A stretch of DNA of 64,000 bases, taken from the NCBI GenBank assembly GCA_963744715.1, contig CAVUUR010000007.1, positions 1-64,000 on the forward strand, written 5' to 3'. The position numbers were made by a program, and so were the translations under genes. Shown piece by piece: positions 31,049 through 41,093 of this stretch. Below the pieces are notes generated by a model that had not been told where the DNA came from, did no database searches, and saw only the letters and a list, made by a program, of their open reading frames with translations. The stretch's first letter is position 1; each line of letters begins with the position of its first letter. Origin of the DNA: an uncultured bacterium. Lineage in GTDB: Bacteria; Babelota; Babeliae; Babelales; JACPOV01.

Positions 31049-31552
31049 ATCGTAACTCCCTTTTAAATCCTTGTGGATTTAACGTACATAATTCATTTTT
31101 TGATATGATAAGCATACATAGGTTAGTACACTTTAAACATGATATTAATATGGTAATCGCCTCTCTATCTCCTCCTTTCGCTCAGTAAGTACATTACTCA
31201 ATACGTAAGTAACAGTATAACTTTACATGCTAGCTCAAACGCTAATACATTCCTACGCATTCGTCAACCCTTTGTTTATAGATCATTCATTAAGTACACA
31301 CAGTATAGTTGATGAAATGCAAGAATTATAAGCATTTTAATCAAATCCAATAAAGAATAGTAATTTTTTTATATACTTCTGATGCATAATTAAGAACGCT
31401 CGTACATTATTTATAATAAAAAAACACAGATTACAATACAAATTAAAAAAATATACTTTTTTATTTTATCAATATTGTGCATCTGGTAGCATAGAGTGAC
31501 ATAAAATTATTATTGTATATGGTGCACTCCATTACTTATGAAGGGATTTCCC

Positions 31553-32179
31553 ATGAACGTTAAAAAAAAATTTTTGTTATGTATACTGGTGTTATCGGGA
31601 TGTAGCATATCCTCACAGGTACCTTCTACCAAAAACAATGCGCAATCTCCTCATGTAGTGCTACCGGAAAATCTGCCAGGAATTTCCGGATTGTTTGCTC
31701 TGTATCCTAAAACAGCACAACCACTCAAACAATTAGCACAGATTTTATTACGAGGCGAATCAACCCTATCAGCAGGAGAACGCGAACTCATCGCATCGTA
31801 TGTTTCCTATTTAAACAATTGTATTTTTTGCTGCAATTGCCATAGTGCCGCCGCAGATTATTTACTCGATGATGATACGATATTCCAAGCAGTAAAGGAG
31901 AATATTGTTACCGCATCAATTTCAAACAAACTAAAAGCATTATTGATGATAGCAGGCAACGTTCAACAAAGCGGTACCTCAGTCACGTTAGAAGATATCG
32001 CACGAGCTCGCGCGCATGGTGCTACCGATCAGGAAATTCATGATACGGTTTTAATCGCCGCTGCTTTTTGCATGTATAATCGTTATGTTGATGGCCTCGC
32101 TGCATGGACCCCAACTGACCCTGCGCTATATGATCAGATAGGAGAACAACTTGCACAACATGGTTATGTGAAAGCATAA
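31553..32179 (+). CDS. AhpD/carboxymuconolactone decarboxylase family peroxidase-like lipoprotein
   Basis: ERELIA..VS..N.CIFCCNCH (CxxCxxxH), MYNRYVDG; lipobox LSGC. Confidence 0.85.
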   Translation: MNVKKKFLLCILVLSGCSISSQVPSTKNNAQSPHVVLPENLPGISGLFALYPKTAQPLKQLAQILLRGESTLSAGERELIASYVSYLNNCIFCCNCHSAAADYLLDDDTIFQAVKENIVTASISNKLKALLMIAGNVQQSGTSVTLEDIARARAHGATDQEIHDTVLIAAAFCMYNRYVDGLAAWTPTDPALYDQIGEQLAQHGYVKA

Positions 32180-32186
32180 TGAGCCT

Positions 32187-33755
32187 TTATTTTACTTTAC
32201 GCGCTTTGAGTAAATCGACCGCAAATAAAAAACCTTGATTATTTTGTTCCGTGGCTTGCTGTAACGCCGTTTTACCCTTTCTATTTTTTATTTTCATACT
32301 TGCTCCCCATTCAAGCAGAAACTTTGTAATATCAGAGGTTTTTGCGTAATGCAATGGTGTATTACCTTCAACATCCTGAATATTCATACGTGCGTTATGC
32401 TTTAATAAAAATGCTGTTGTTTCGGGTAAACTTTTTTCAACTGCATAAAACAGCAATGTTTTCATACTCCCATCACGCACATTGATAAAATCGATAAAGG
32501 TTTTGGAGGATTTTTTATAGAAATCCTCTAATTTCTTAAGTGCTTCTTGATCAAAAAGTTCATTCTCTTCTTTTGTCGATGGTTGAAAATCATCTATTAG
32601 ATCACGCAGGTTAATAAAAGAATTCCAAATATTATCATCGGCAAGATTAATGAATGGTTTTCTGTTTGCTTTAAAACGCTTCAATGATTTCTGTGGATTT
32701 TCCGCCAAATAAAACCAGGTTCTGGGCGAAAGAACAGGAATAAATGATGCTTCTTGATCAGTTACCCTACTATCAATTCTAAACGCTTTATCCGTACCAA
32801 GATCAATAACTTCACTACCACCAAACTTATCAACTAACAATTGTGCAACTGCCCTACAATGATCTCCGCCGGCATAAACGATGGTATGTTTATAGAATTG
32901 AGCAAATATTTTTATAAGAAATTCTATATCGGCTATGTCTAGAAATGACACAATCATTTTTGATACTTTTTCTTCTTCCTTATTTTTGCTCATTATATCT
33001 CTGGCTTCTCCAATTGTTATATTGGGATTTTGCAAAAACATTTTGTTTAAATATCTATACAACGGCTGTATCTTTTCTTTGGTATAAACAAGCCACAAAT
33101 CAGATAAAGTCTTGTAATAATTTTTAAATACGGATGCTTTAACATCTTTTAAATCTTTTGTAGCTTCAGATACGGTTCCGAGTAATGCTTTAAGTTCATC
33201 AAACTTAAAAAATTCTTTTAAAGGAACGTCCAATAAGTCTTCTTGCTGCAACATACTAATCGAAAAGGCATCTGGGCTTAGATATAATAATCCCTTGACC
33301 TCCAAACGGTATGTATCGCCATTGTTAAATACGATCGATTTGCCTTTATCTACAGAAAATTCACTTTCCAATTCATTACCATAAAGCATCCAATGAATTA
33401 CAGGATCATTAATGGTTTTCAATTTCCAAGTACTGTAGGGTTCATGTTCCCATAAAAGTTGTATAGGTGCGCCTTGTTTGGCCAATTTTCTTAACGTAAT
33501 CAGTAGTGTTCGTTCTGCCGTAGTAAAAGCGCCTTTTTCTTCCTTTGAAAGATACGCCTGTTGATTTCGGGATGGATTTTTAACCAATTCATGCAACGGT
33601 TCATGAAAATCAGAAATTAAATCAATAACTTTAATAATAACATTATTCTTATCGATGATAATAATTCTTTTAAATTCAAAAGGGAGCGCTCTTATTTCCT
33701 GCAAATTAAGGGCGTTTATTACCATAAGTACTACTAATTTTTTACAAAAATTCAT
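32187..33755 (-). CDS. Secreted protein with C-terminal ankyrin repeats, paralog B
   Basis: Start MNFCKK identical to paralog A; TLLFYA, GNTPLHYA, GKTAL ankyrin motifs. Confidence 0.85.
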   Translation of the reverse strand: MNFCKKLVVLMVINALNLQEIRALPFEFKRIIIIDKNNVIIKVIDLISDFHEPLHELVKNPSRNQQAYLSKEEKGAFTTAERTLLITLRKLAKQGAPIQLLWEHEPYSTWKLKTINDPVIHWMLYGNELESEFSVDKGKSIVFNNGDTYRLEVKGLLYLSPDAFSISMLQQEDLLDVPLKEFFKFDELKALLGTVSEATKDLKDVKASVFKNYYKTLSDLWLVYTKEKIQPLYRYLNKMFLQNPNITIGEARDIMSKNKEEEKVSKMIVSFLDIADIEFLIKIFAQFYKHTIVYAGGDHCRAVAQLLVDKFGGSEVIDLGTDKAFRIDSRVTDQEASFIPVLSPRTWFYLAENPQKSLKRFKANRKPFINLADDNIWNSFINLRDLIDDFQPSTKEENELFDQEALKKLEDFYKKSSKTFIDFINVRDGSMKTLLFYAVEKSLPETTAFLLKHNARMNIQDVEGNTPLHYAKTSDITKFLLEWGASMKIKNRKGKTALQQATEQNNQGFLFAVDLLKARKVK

Positions 33756-33878
33756 ACTTTTAACCTCATCACTATTTATTAAAAAAAATAATTTCAGTTT
33801 TAATAATAATACGCCACTAATTTTAAAATCAACAATCTTTTTAAAACCAACATTAATTACTACATGGTGACTGTTTTT
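33475..33878. repeat. About 400-bp near-identical direct repeat (5' end plus upstream region), copy 1
   Basis: Matches 35126-35529 at an offset of 1651 bp with few mismatches. Confidence 0.9.
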
Positions 33879-33891
33879 AAATAAAAATAGG

Positions 33892-35406
33892 TCAGGTTCT
33901 TTTTTCCGTAGCTTGTTTAGAAGCCATTTTACCCTCTTTATTTCCGATATCTGATTTTGTGCCGTGCTCGAGCAGAAGCTTTTTAATATCGGATGTTTTC
34001 GCATAATGCAATGGCGTATTGCCTTCAACGTCTTGAATATTCATACGTGCATTATGCTTTAATAAAAATGCTGTTGTTTCGGGTAAACTTTTTTCAACTG
34101 CATAAAACAGCAGTGTTTTCATACTCCCATCACGCACATTGATAAAATCAATAAAGGTTTTAGAAGCCTCTATATAAAAGTTCTTTAACTTCTGCAGCGT
34201 TTCTTGATCAAAAAGTTCATTCTCTTCTTTTGTTGATAGTTGAAAATCTGCCATGAGATCTCGTAGGGCAAAGAAGGAATTCCACATATCATCGCCAGCC
34301 AAATTAATGAATGGTTTTCTGTTTGCTTTAAAACGCTTCAATGATTTCTGTGGATTTTCTGCCAAATAAAACCAGGTTCTTGGCGAAAGAACAGGAGTAA
34401 ATAATGCCTCTCTATCAGTTACCCTATCATCAACTCTGAATGATTCCATGGTAGTACCAAGATTAACAACTTCAATACCACCAAAGTTATCTCGCAATAG
34501 TTTTGCAATTTTTCTACAATGATCTCCTCCTGCGTAAACGATAGTATGTTTATATGATTGAGCAAACATTTTTATAATAAGTTCCACATCAGCAATTTCC
34601 ATAAATGAACCAACTAATGTTGATAGTTCTTCCTCATTGTTTTGTTTGCTGATTATACTTCTAAATTCTCCGAGTGTCATAGTCGGGTTCAGTAATAACA
34701 TTTTATTAAGATATCTATACAACGGCTGTACCTTTTCTTTGGCATAACTACGCCACAAATCGGATAAACGCTCATAATAATCTTTAAATACGGATACCTT
34801 AACATCCTCCAAATCTTTTGTAGATTTGGATGCAGTAGCTTTGTTAATAAATTCAACAAATTTTTTTAAAGGAGTATCTAGTAAATTGTTTTGTTGCAAC
34901 TGTTGATCAGTAAATTCCGCTGATAATAAATATTCTGGATCAGTTTTTACATTGATACGGTAAGTATCGCCATTGGTAAAAACAATAGACTTACCTTTAT
35001 CCGCAGAAAATTCATCTTGTAAAGTATTACTATAGAGAGTCCAATCAGTTCTTGGATCATTAAGAGCTCGTGATTGCCAATTACTATACGGCGTATGTTC
35101 CCATAAAAGCTGTATAAGCATACCCTGTTTGGCTAATTTTCTTAACGTAATCAGTAATGTTCGTTCTGCCGTAGTAAAAGCGCCTTTTTCTTCCTTTGAA
35201 AGATACGCCTGTTGATTTCGGGATGGATTTTTAACCAATTCATGCAACGGTTCATGAAAATCAGAAATTAAATCAATAACTTTAATAATAACATTATTCT
35301 TATCGATGATAATAATTCTTTTAAATTCAAAAGGGAGCGCTCTTATTTCCTGCAAATTAAGGGCGTTTATTACCATAAGTACTACTAATTTTTTACAAAA
35401 ATTCAT
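33892..35406 (-). CDS. Secreted protein with C-terminal ankyrin repeats, paralog A
   Basis: Same architecture; SDFHE and IVYAGGDHC motifs. Confidence 0.85.
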   Translation of the reverse strand: MNFCKKLVVLMVINALNLQEIRALPFEFKRIIIIDKNNVIIKVIDLISDFHEPLHELVKNPSRNQQAYLSKEEKGAFTTAERTLLITLRKLAKQGMLIQLLWEHTPYSNWQSRALNDPRTDWTLYSNTLQDEFSADKGKSIVFTNGDTYRINVKTDPEYLLSAEFTDQQLQQNNLLDTPLKKFVEFINKATASKSTKDLEDVKVSVFKDYYERLSDLWRSYAKEKVQPLYRYLNKMLLLNPTMTLGEFRSIISKQNNEEELSTLVGSFMEIADVELIIKMFAQSYKHTIVYAGGDHCRKIAKLLRDNFGGIEVVNLGTTMESFRVDDRVTDREALFTPVLSPRTWFYLAENPQKSLKRFKANRKPFINLAGDDMWNSFFALRDLMADFQLSTKEENELFDQETLQKLKNFYIEASKTFIDFINVRDGSMKTLLFYAVEKSLPETTAFLLKHNARMNIQDVEGNTPLHYAKTSDIKKLLLEHGTKSDIGNKEGKMASKQATEKRT

Positions 35407-35529
35407 ACTTTTAACCTCATCACTATTTATTAAAAAAAATAATTTCAGTTTTAATAATAATACGCCAATCTTTTTAAAATCAACAATCTTTTTAAAACCA
35501 ACATTAATTACTACATGGTGACTATTTTT
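35126..35529. repeat. About 400-bp direct repeat, copy 2
   Basis: See copy 1. Confidence 0.9.
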
Positions 35530-35698
35530 AGTTTTTTAAAAGAACCAATCGTATCTTAAACAGGTTAACAACTTTAATTAATGCCCTATAAGAGCTAACC
35601 CAATTGCCTAAAATAAAAAAACCGCTAGATTAGTTAATATAAAGAGCAATATTAAAAAATTAATATTAATTCTTTTAGAAATAAATAGAGGTTTTTAT

Positions 35699-37243
35699 AT
35701 GCACATATCATACTTAGTTATCTTTTTTACACTGTTATTAGCTCCCTATTCTTTCAGCAATGCTTCTGATGCCAGCTTGAATGAACCCTTAAAGGATTTA
35801 TCAACCTACATTGGCCAAGGATTACAAGAAGGAATTGCCGGCGGTGTTTCCACCGGTTTAGCAGAAGGAATACCTGCTGCAATCAATGCGGGTGCAGAAT
35901 CCTTTAAAAATCAGTTTGAGGAAACCGGCGATGCTCATCAAGGGATTTCCAATATTTTTAAGTCTCTGGGTAATCAATTTGAACACCATGGTGAGGGGCG
36001 TCATGCCATGCAAAATTTTTTCGGCGCCGTCAGTGATGAATTGGATGAAAACGGTCAAGGCAGAAAAATGGCATTAAATGCTGCCGACACCACCAGCGCG
36101 TACGTTAATAATGTTGGTAAAACCGTTGGCTCTGTTATTACAAACATAGTAATAAAAAATTCACTTATTACGGTTCTCAGCGCCTTGGGAATTGCTACGA
36201 TGTGGTATGGTTCTAAAGTATTATGGAATTTCATTGAGCGAAAACTTAAACAACCGACTCTTATCATAGAATCTTCACGTAAAAATGTTTTTCAACGCAT
36301 GAAAGGTGCATTTACCCGTAAACAAGAGCCGGTTAAACGTCCTATGATTTTTGAACAAGCAACACAAGAGCGCTTACAAGCACTTATTGAAACGACTAAA
36401 AATATTAATACCAATATTAAACGTGGTAAAAAAAATATCGCCTACAGAAATCTTTTGCTCTACGGGCCTCCCGGAACTGGTAAAACATTATTTGCGCAAC
36501 AATTAGCGCAACAATCAAATATGGAATTTGCTATAACAAGCGGTGCATCATTTTCTAAAAAAGGTGCTCTTGAAGCAATGGATGATCTTTTTGCCTGGGC
36601 AAATAAAAGCAAGGGACTTATTTTATTTATTGATGAGGCAGAATCACTGATGCCGGATAGAAACAATCTCAATCCTGATAGTGATAGTTATCGCATATTT
36701 ACGAGCTTCCTTAATTATACCGGAACGCGCAGCAATAGATTTATGATTGTTATGGCAACCAATCGTTTAAACGTCATTGATGAAGCGATGCATCGCCGTA
36801 TTGATGATTTAGTTGAGTTGTCACTCCCAGAAATTTCGCAACGAATTGCTATACTACAAATATACCGTGACGTTATTCTCTTTGACACCAATAATAATGA
36901 ACACGCCTTTGCTTATTCTGCTAAAAACATTCTAACCAATGCCAAGATAGAACAGATTGCAGCGCAATTAGAAGGTTTTTCAAACGGTGATCTTGAAGGG
37001 CTTATTAATATGATAAAAACCGATGCCGACAGTACTCCCGCTGGCATTATAACGGAATCCATTGTTGATACCGCCGTTACGCGAATGCTCATTAAACATG
37101 CAACCCTCAAAAAAATAGAACTGCCTAACAATAAGAATAACCAAACCACAAACTACTGGATAACGATAAAAAGCTATGTAGGAAGTTTTTTTGATTGGGT
37201 ATGTTCTTTCATACAATGGCCATTTGCAACACAAAAAAAATAG
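35699..37243 (+). CDS. AAA+ ATPase resembling eukaryotic ATAD3, with signal peptide and TM helix
   Basis: RNLLLYGPPGTGKT, LFAWANKSKGLILFIDEAE, FLNYTG, ATNR...RRID; pre-AAA ERKLKQPTLIIESSR. Confidence 0.8.
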   Translation: MHISYLVIFFTLLLAPYSFSNASDASLNEPLKDLSTYIGQGLQEGIAGGVSTGLAEGIPAAINAGAESFKNQFEETGDAHQGISNIFKSLGNQFEHHGEGRHAMQNFFGAVSDELDENGQGRKMALNAADTTSAYVNNVGKTVGSVITNIVIKNSLITVLSALGIATMWYGSKVLWNFIERKLKQPTLIIESSRKNVFQRMKGAFTRKQEPVKRPMIFEQATQERLQALIETTKNINTNIKRGKKNIAYRNLLLYGPPGTGKTLFAQQLAQQSNMEFAITSGASFSKKGALEAMDDLFAWANKSKGLILFIDEAESLMPDRNNLNPDSDSYRIFTSFLNYTGTRSNRFMIVMATNRLNVIDEAMHRRIDDLVELSLPEISQRIAILQIYRDVILFDTNNNEHAFAYSAKNILTNAKIEQIAAQLEGFSNGDLEGLINMIKTDADSTPAGIITESIVDTAVTRMLIKHATLKKIELPNNKNNQTTNYWITIKSYVGSFFDWVCSFIQWPFATQKK

Positions 37244-37400
37244 ATAGTTTTGAAAAAAATTAATCTATTTTTTGGACTCAAATTGTATATATTCAGCGGT
37301 TTGAAGCAATTTGACCCCTTCATTTTTTTATGCTAAATTGAATAATATTTTAAAAAAATGCCCAATTAGGGGAAAGTACCAGTATTTTAAGGGTTACATT

Positions 37401-37844
37401 ATGAAATTACATTCTATAGTATTAACAGTATTTGTTAGTATCGCTGTTATAGGTCAACTATACGCGCAACCCACAAATGATAAGGACCATATAAAAATAG
37501 AACTAGAATCTATTCTAGTAAAATCACCTACAAATTATATAGATATCCTTCGAGAAATTAAACCAAAGCCACTTCTGGAAATTGCTCTCGTAGCCACATC
37601 ATTATCCATGGCTGCAGTCATGAGATCCATGAATGTCGTGGGTGAAGTTAAAGACGATTGGCGAATATTAAAAAAGGATTTCAACGTACTAAAAAATGCA
37701 AAAAACTTTGGCTCATTGCGCCGCGCTGCCTTATCAGCTTATATTCTTACTGCATCTGGAACTATTACTTTGGCTAGTACGGTTGCAATATCCGGTGGCT
37801 TTTTCTTAGGAATGAAAAACCTCCTTGGATCTAAAAACAAATAA
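37401..37844 (+). CDS. Hypothetical secreted/membrane protein
   Basis: Signal peptide MKLHSIV...LYA; two hydrophobic segments. Confidence 0.55.
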   Translation: MKLHSIVLTVFVSIAVIGQLYAQPTNDKDHIKIELESILVKSPTNYIDILREIKPKPLLEIALVATSLSMAAVMRSMNVVGEVKDDWRILKKDFNVLKNAKNFGSLRRAALSAYILTASGTITLASTVAISGGFFLGMKNLLGSKNK

Positions 37845-37986
37845 ATTCATTAAAGAATAGACACTATGTGCTTGCAACAGGCACTTCTAAATCAACGTTA
37901 ATACATAAAAATATCATAAAATAATTTCGCTCGCATACCTTCAATTTTTTTAGTAGCTTCAAAAAAAAGCTAAAAAAGGAAGTGTA

Positions 37987-39930
37987 ATGCGAGCATTTTA
38001 TTTTTTGATTATACTTTGGGCTATTTCTTGTTGTGCACAGGAAATATTCTCGAGTCCTCCAACCGGTTTTCTTCTCGCTCACTACAAAGCAAATGATGTT
38101 CCATCGCGGCATTCTGAATGCGCTGATCGTTTGCACGCCATAGTTAAATCAACCGATCGGCAAAAATCTTATGAATTGGATGAACAGCGCCGGCGCATAC
38201 CACAACCACGGCTTGCATCCTTATCTCTTTCTGAACAATACCGTACTCTGATCAATCAAGCCTACGCAATTGACCAATCAGCACCACAAGAAGTACTTAA
38301 CATTGTACAAGAACTTGTCGATGTTAATGCGTATATCAATGATCCATGTGCAACGGTTGATTTTCTGATAACGCGTGCCGATGGCAGTCAGCCAATTCGT
38401 ACTACTTTTTTTAACGAGCAAGGAATAATTAAAGGATTTTCTCGTGCAAACAAAAATATTGCGCAGCATCCTGAAGCATGCCGTGCATTTATGTATTGCG
38501 ATGCATTATTTGCCGATTCACAAGGAATTATCCATGAAAAATCTCGAACAGCGCTCATCGCCATCAATGAATATTTGAGTTCTGATGAACTTCCCGGACC
38601 TCCCGGAAGTTATGCAAGTGTGCTCTATGATTTGTTACGCACCTGCCATCCAGAATTAGAAACTTCTTTGCAACATGAATGCGATGAAGTTGCAATAACC
38701 TTTCTTAATTATGATGAGCCCGATAATGGATACAATAATCTTTCCGCAGCGCGAGAACAAGCAGCAAAAGTATATCACGAAGAACACGGTGCAAAACAGC
38801 AATGTTTCGTTCAATTACATGCAACATCGCGCGCTCTCCTGCGCGAGCATAACTATGATTATCGCAAATTTACGTTCATCAATGGTAATGCTTTGCAACG
38901 CCAACTCCTTGATGAAACCGGACAGCTGATTAATCAGATTGCAAGTTATTCCGAATTATACAACGAGCCAATTGCACATTTGTTAGTTGACATGGCCGAT
39001 GTTGCTGCCGAATGCAATCATGCAGGTTCCATCAAAAAAGGTTACGAATGTGCAAATGTCGGTTGGTACATTCTTGATATCATGCAAGCCGTCGGGCTTG
39101 GCATCGTAGAAGGTCTTATTGATGGTGTTCGCTTAACTGCAACATATATCAAACAACATCCCATTGAATTTGCATTAAGTGCTATGTTTACAAAACCAAT
39201 GCTTGCGTATCATCTTGCAAAATTGGTCATACGCAGTGCATCAGTTGCTTTTGATCTGTTATCAACCATTGATTATGAAAATGTAACGTTTGATGATGTG
39301 CTAACCTCCATCGATAATGCAAAGCAAACTTGTTATACCGGGTATCAAACGCTCAGGAAAATGCCACTCAAAACATTGGTTGCCGGCGGCGTTGCGTTTG
39401 CCACTGATTGTTACTTGCAAGGTAAATGCGCTAAGGGCGTTTCCGCGTTTTATGAGAAAACACAAGAAATCTTACTTAAGCATGCACAAAAATTTGATTG
39501 GAAAGCCTACTTTAACGATCATCTCAGACCCGGCTTTATTAATGTTTTTCCTCGAGGTAAGCAACCGGTTAAAAACCCCCAAGAAAATTTTGCGCAAACC
39601 TCGAATAAAAATTCACTTGAAGCACCAAAAAACATACTAAAAGTTCATACTATGAAAGAGTTTTTTGAAAATACTCTTTTTGGACAGGAATTAAAAAATA
39701 AGGTAATAAAGACAAACTATTTTTATAAAAATCAGCCAATTTACAAATTACAACAAAAAGTACAAAGTCATACCATAAGCAAAGGTGATTATTTTTATCT
39801 CGATAATTTACATTTTGATCATATAGAAGTTTTTGATCAAAGTGGCTCAATGAAATCAGTGCTAAATTTTGATGGAACAATTAATATAGAAAAAACAAAA
39901 AAAGCTTACGGAAGAACTATTAAACTTTAA
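37987..39930 (+). CDS. Polymorphic toxin 2, full length, signal peptide; C-terminal putative colicin E3/BECR-like RNase
   Basis: Signal MRAFYFLIILWAISCCAQE; scaffold shared with toxin 1; AT-rich tip GDYFYLDNLHFDHIEVFD...VLNFDG...KT..A.GR.I resembles tips of MafB/CdiA-type toxins. Confidence 0.75.
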   Translation: MRAFYFLIILWAISCCAQEIFSSPPTGFLLAHYKANDVPSRHSECADRLHAIVKSTDRQKSYELDEQRRRIPQPRLASLSLSEQYRTLINQAYAIDQSAPQEVLNIVQELVDVNAYINDPCATVDFLITRADGSQPIRTTFFNEQGIIKGFSRANKNIAQHPEACRAFMYCDALFADSQGIIHEKSRTALIAINEYLSSDELPGPPGSYASVLYDLLRTCHPELETSLQHECDEVAITFLNYDEPDNGYNNLSAAREQAAKVYHEEHGAKQQCFVQLHATSRALLREHNYDYRKFTFINGNALQRQLLDETGQLINQIASYSELYNEPIAHLLVDMADVAAECNHAGSIKKGYECANVGWYILDIMQAVGLGIVEGLIDGVRLTATYIKQHPIEFALSAMFTKPMLAYHLAKLVIRSASVAFDLLSTIDYENVTFDDVLTSIDNAKQTCYTGYQTLRKMPLKTLVAGGVAFATDCYLQGKCAKGVSAFYEKTQEILLKHAQKFDWKAYFNDHLRPGFINVFPRGKQPVKNPQENFAQTSNKNSLEAPKNILKVHTMKEFFENTLFGQELKNKVIKTNYFYKNQPIYKLQQKVQSHTISKGDYFYLDNLHFDHIEVFDQSGSMKSVLNFDGTINIEKTKKAYGRTIKL

Positions 39931-39935
39931 TACTT

Positions 39936-41081
39936 ATGATAAATGAAATAAAACAATTACTATCACTTTTGAGCAATTTTACACAAAAATATGCAACGAA
40001 TACGCAATTTCTTACAAAAAATATTACAGAAAAGGAACAAGAAGCTGATGAACTTATAATACTATATAAACAACTTGATGAAAAAATTACATCTTTTAAG
40101 AAAAGCCTATCTGATAAAAACAAAGCCGTTGATGTGTTGGTTGAAATAGCGGTTCTTTACTCCTATTATGTAGAATATTTTGAAAGCATTAAAGATCTCG
40201 TAACTAATATTATTCAGTCAAACCAGGAAGATCAAAAAAATACACATGAGATAGCATCTGATATTTTATACAGGAAACAATATGTAACCTATGATACAAA
40301 ACGTGACCTCTATCTCTTAACGTACACGTCCGAAAATATAATTATTAATTATAATTATAAAGGCATCGCACTATTAAATAATGATTTGAAAAATTCTCGT
40401 GATATTTTTTTATTTCAAGGAATTTCAATTACCCATGTCTATAAACACTTTTTTTATCCTCATTTAATAGCTTTGTATTGTGCAGAAAATCAATGTATTA
40501 TACAGCTTGATTTAAATAATTTTTATCCCAAAAATATACCATTACCTTTTAAGCAAGATGATGTCTTTCTTTCATCAATTTATTTCTGGATGGAATCGAC
40601 CTTAATAATTGCCACAACTCATGCATTATTTTATGAACTAAATATGGAATTAAAAACGATTCAACCTATTGCTCAACATTATATAAAAAATCGTTTTGAA
40701 CTTTTATATGAGTTCACTCAATCTGTTTTACAGAATAATAATGTATATGATATACATTCAGATGATTATACATTCATCATTAAAGATACAATCAAAAATA
40801 CGTTTTCACGGATTGATATGATTGCCAATACTATCACAAATACGTTGTATTATAATGCAGAAGTCCATGATATTAGATACGATAATGGATTTTTCATGTT
40901 TATTCATGAAAATTTTATCGTAATTGAACATGATAAAAAAATTATTGCAACAATACATGCGGCTCAAGGCCGAAGATTTTTACGTGCATCGTTTCTAGAT
41001 AGCTACACAAAAATCGTAGTACTTAGTGATTCGCAGGCCAATTATCATTGCGCATTAGCATTATACGATCTTTGTTTATAA
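39936..41081 (+). CDS. Putative cognate immunity of toxin 2 (N-terminal helical domain plus beta-rich extension)
   Basis: Starts 5 nt after the toxin stop; the first ~100 aa resemble 41094-41393 (YSYYVEYFESIKDLVTNII vs YSYMVWHFEQIDNLIKKIL). Confidence 0.55.
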   Translation: MINEIKQLLSLLSNFTQKYATNTQFLTKNITEKEQEADELIILYKQLDEKITSFKKSLSDKNKAVDVLVEIAVLYSYYVEYFESIKDLVTNIIQSNQEDQKNTHEIASDILYRKQYVTYDTKRDLYLLTYTSENIIINYNYKGIALLNNDLKNSRDIFLFQGISITHVYKHFFYPHLIALYCAENQCIIQLDLNNFYPKNIPLPFKQDDVFLSSIYFWMESTLIIATTHALFYELNMELKTIQPIAQHYIKNRFELLYEFTQSVLQNNNVYDIHSDDYTFIIKDTIKNTFSRIDMIANTITNTLYYNAEVHDIRYDNGFFMFIHENFIVIEHDKKIIATIHAAQGRRFLRASFLDSYTKIVVLSDSQANYHCALALYDLCL

Positions 41082-41093
41082 CTATGGAAATCC

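Noticed and set aside
33756..34028. 91-aa N-terminal extension of ankyrin paralog B
   Set aside because: Overlaps paralog A and the duplicated promoter; the paralog starts at MNFCKK.
32187..35529. Diversity-generating retroelement or IS-mediated repeat
   Set aside because: No reverse transcriptase or transposase in the window; the repeat is explained by tandem gene duplication.
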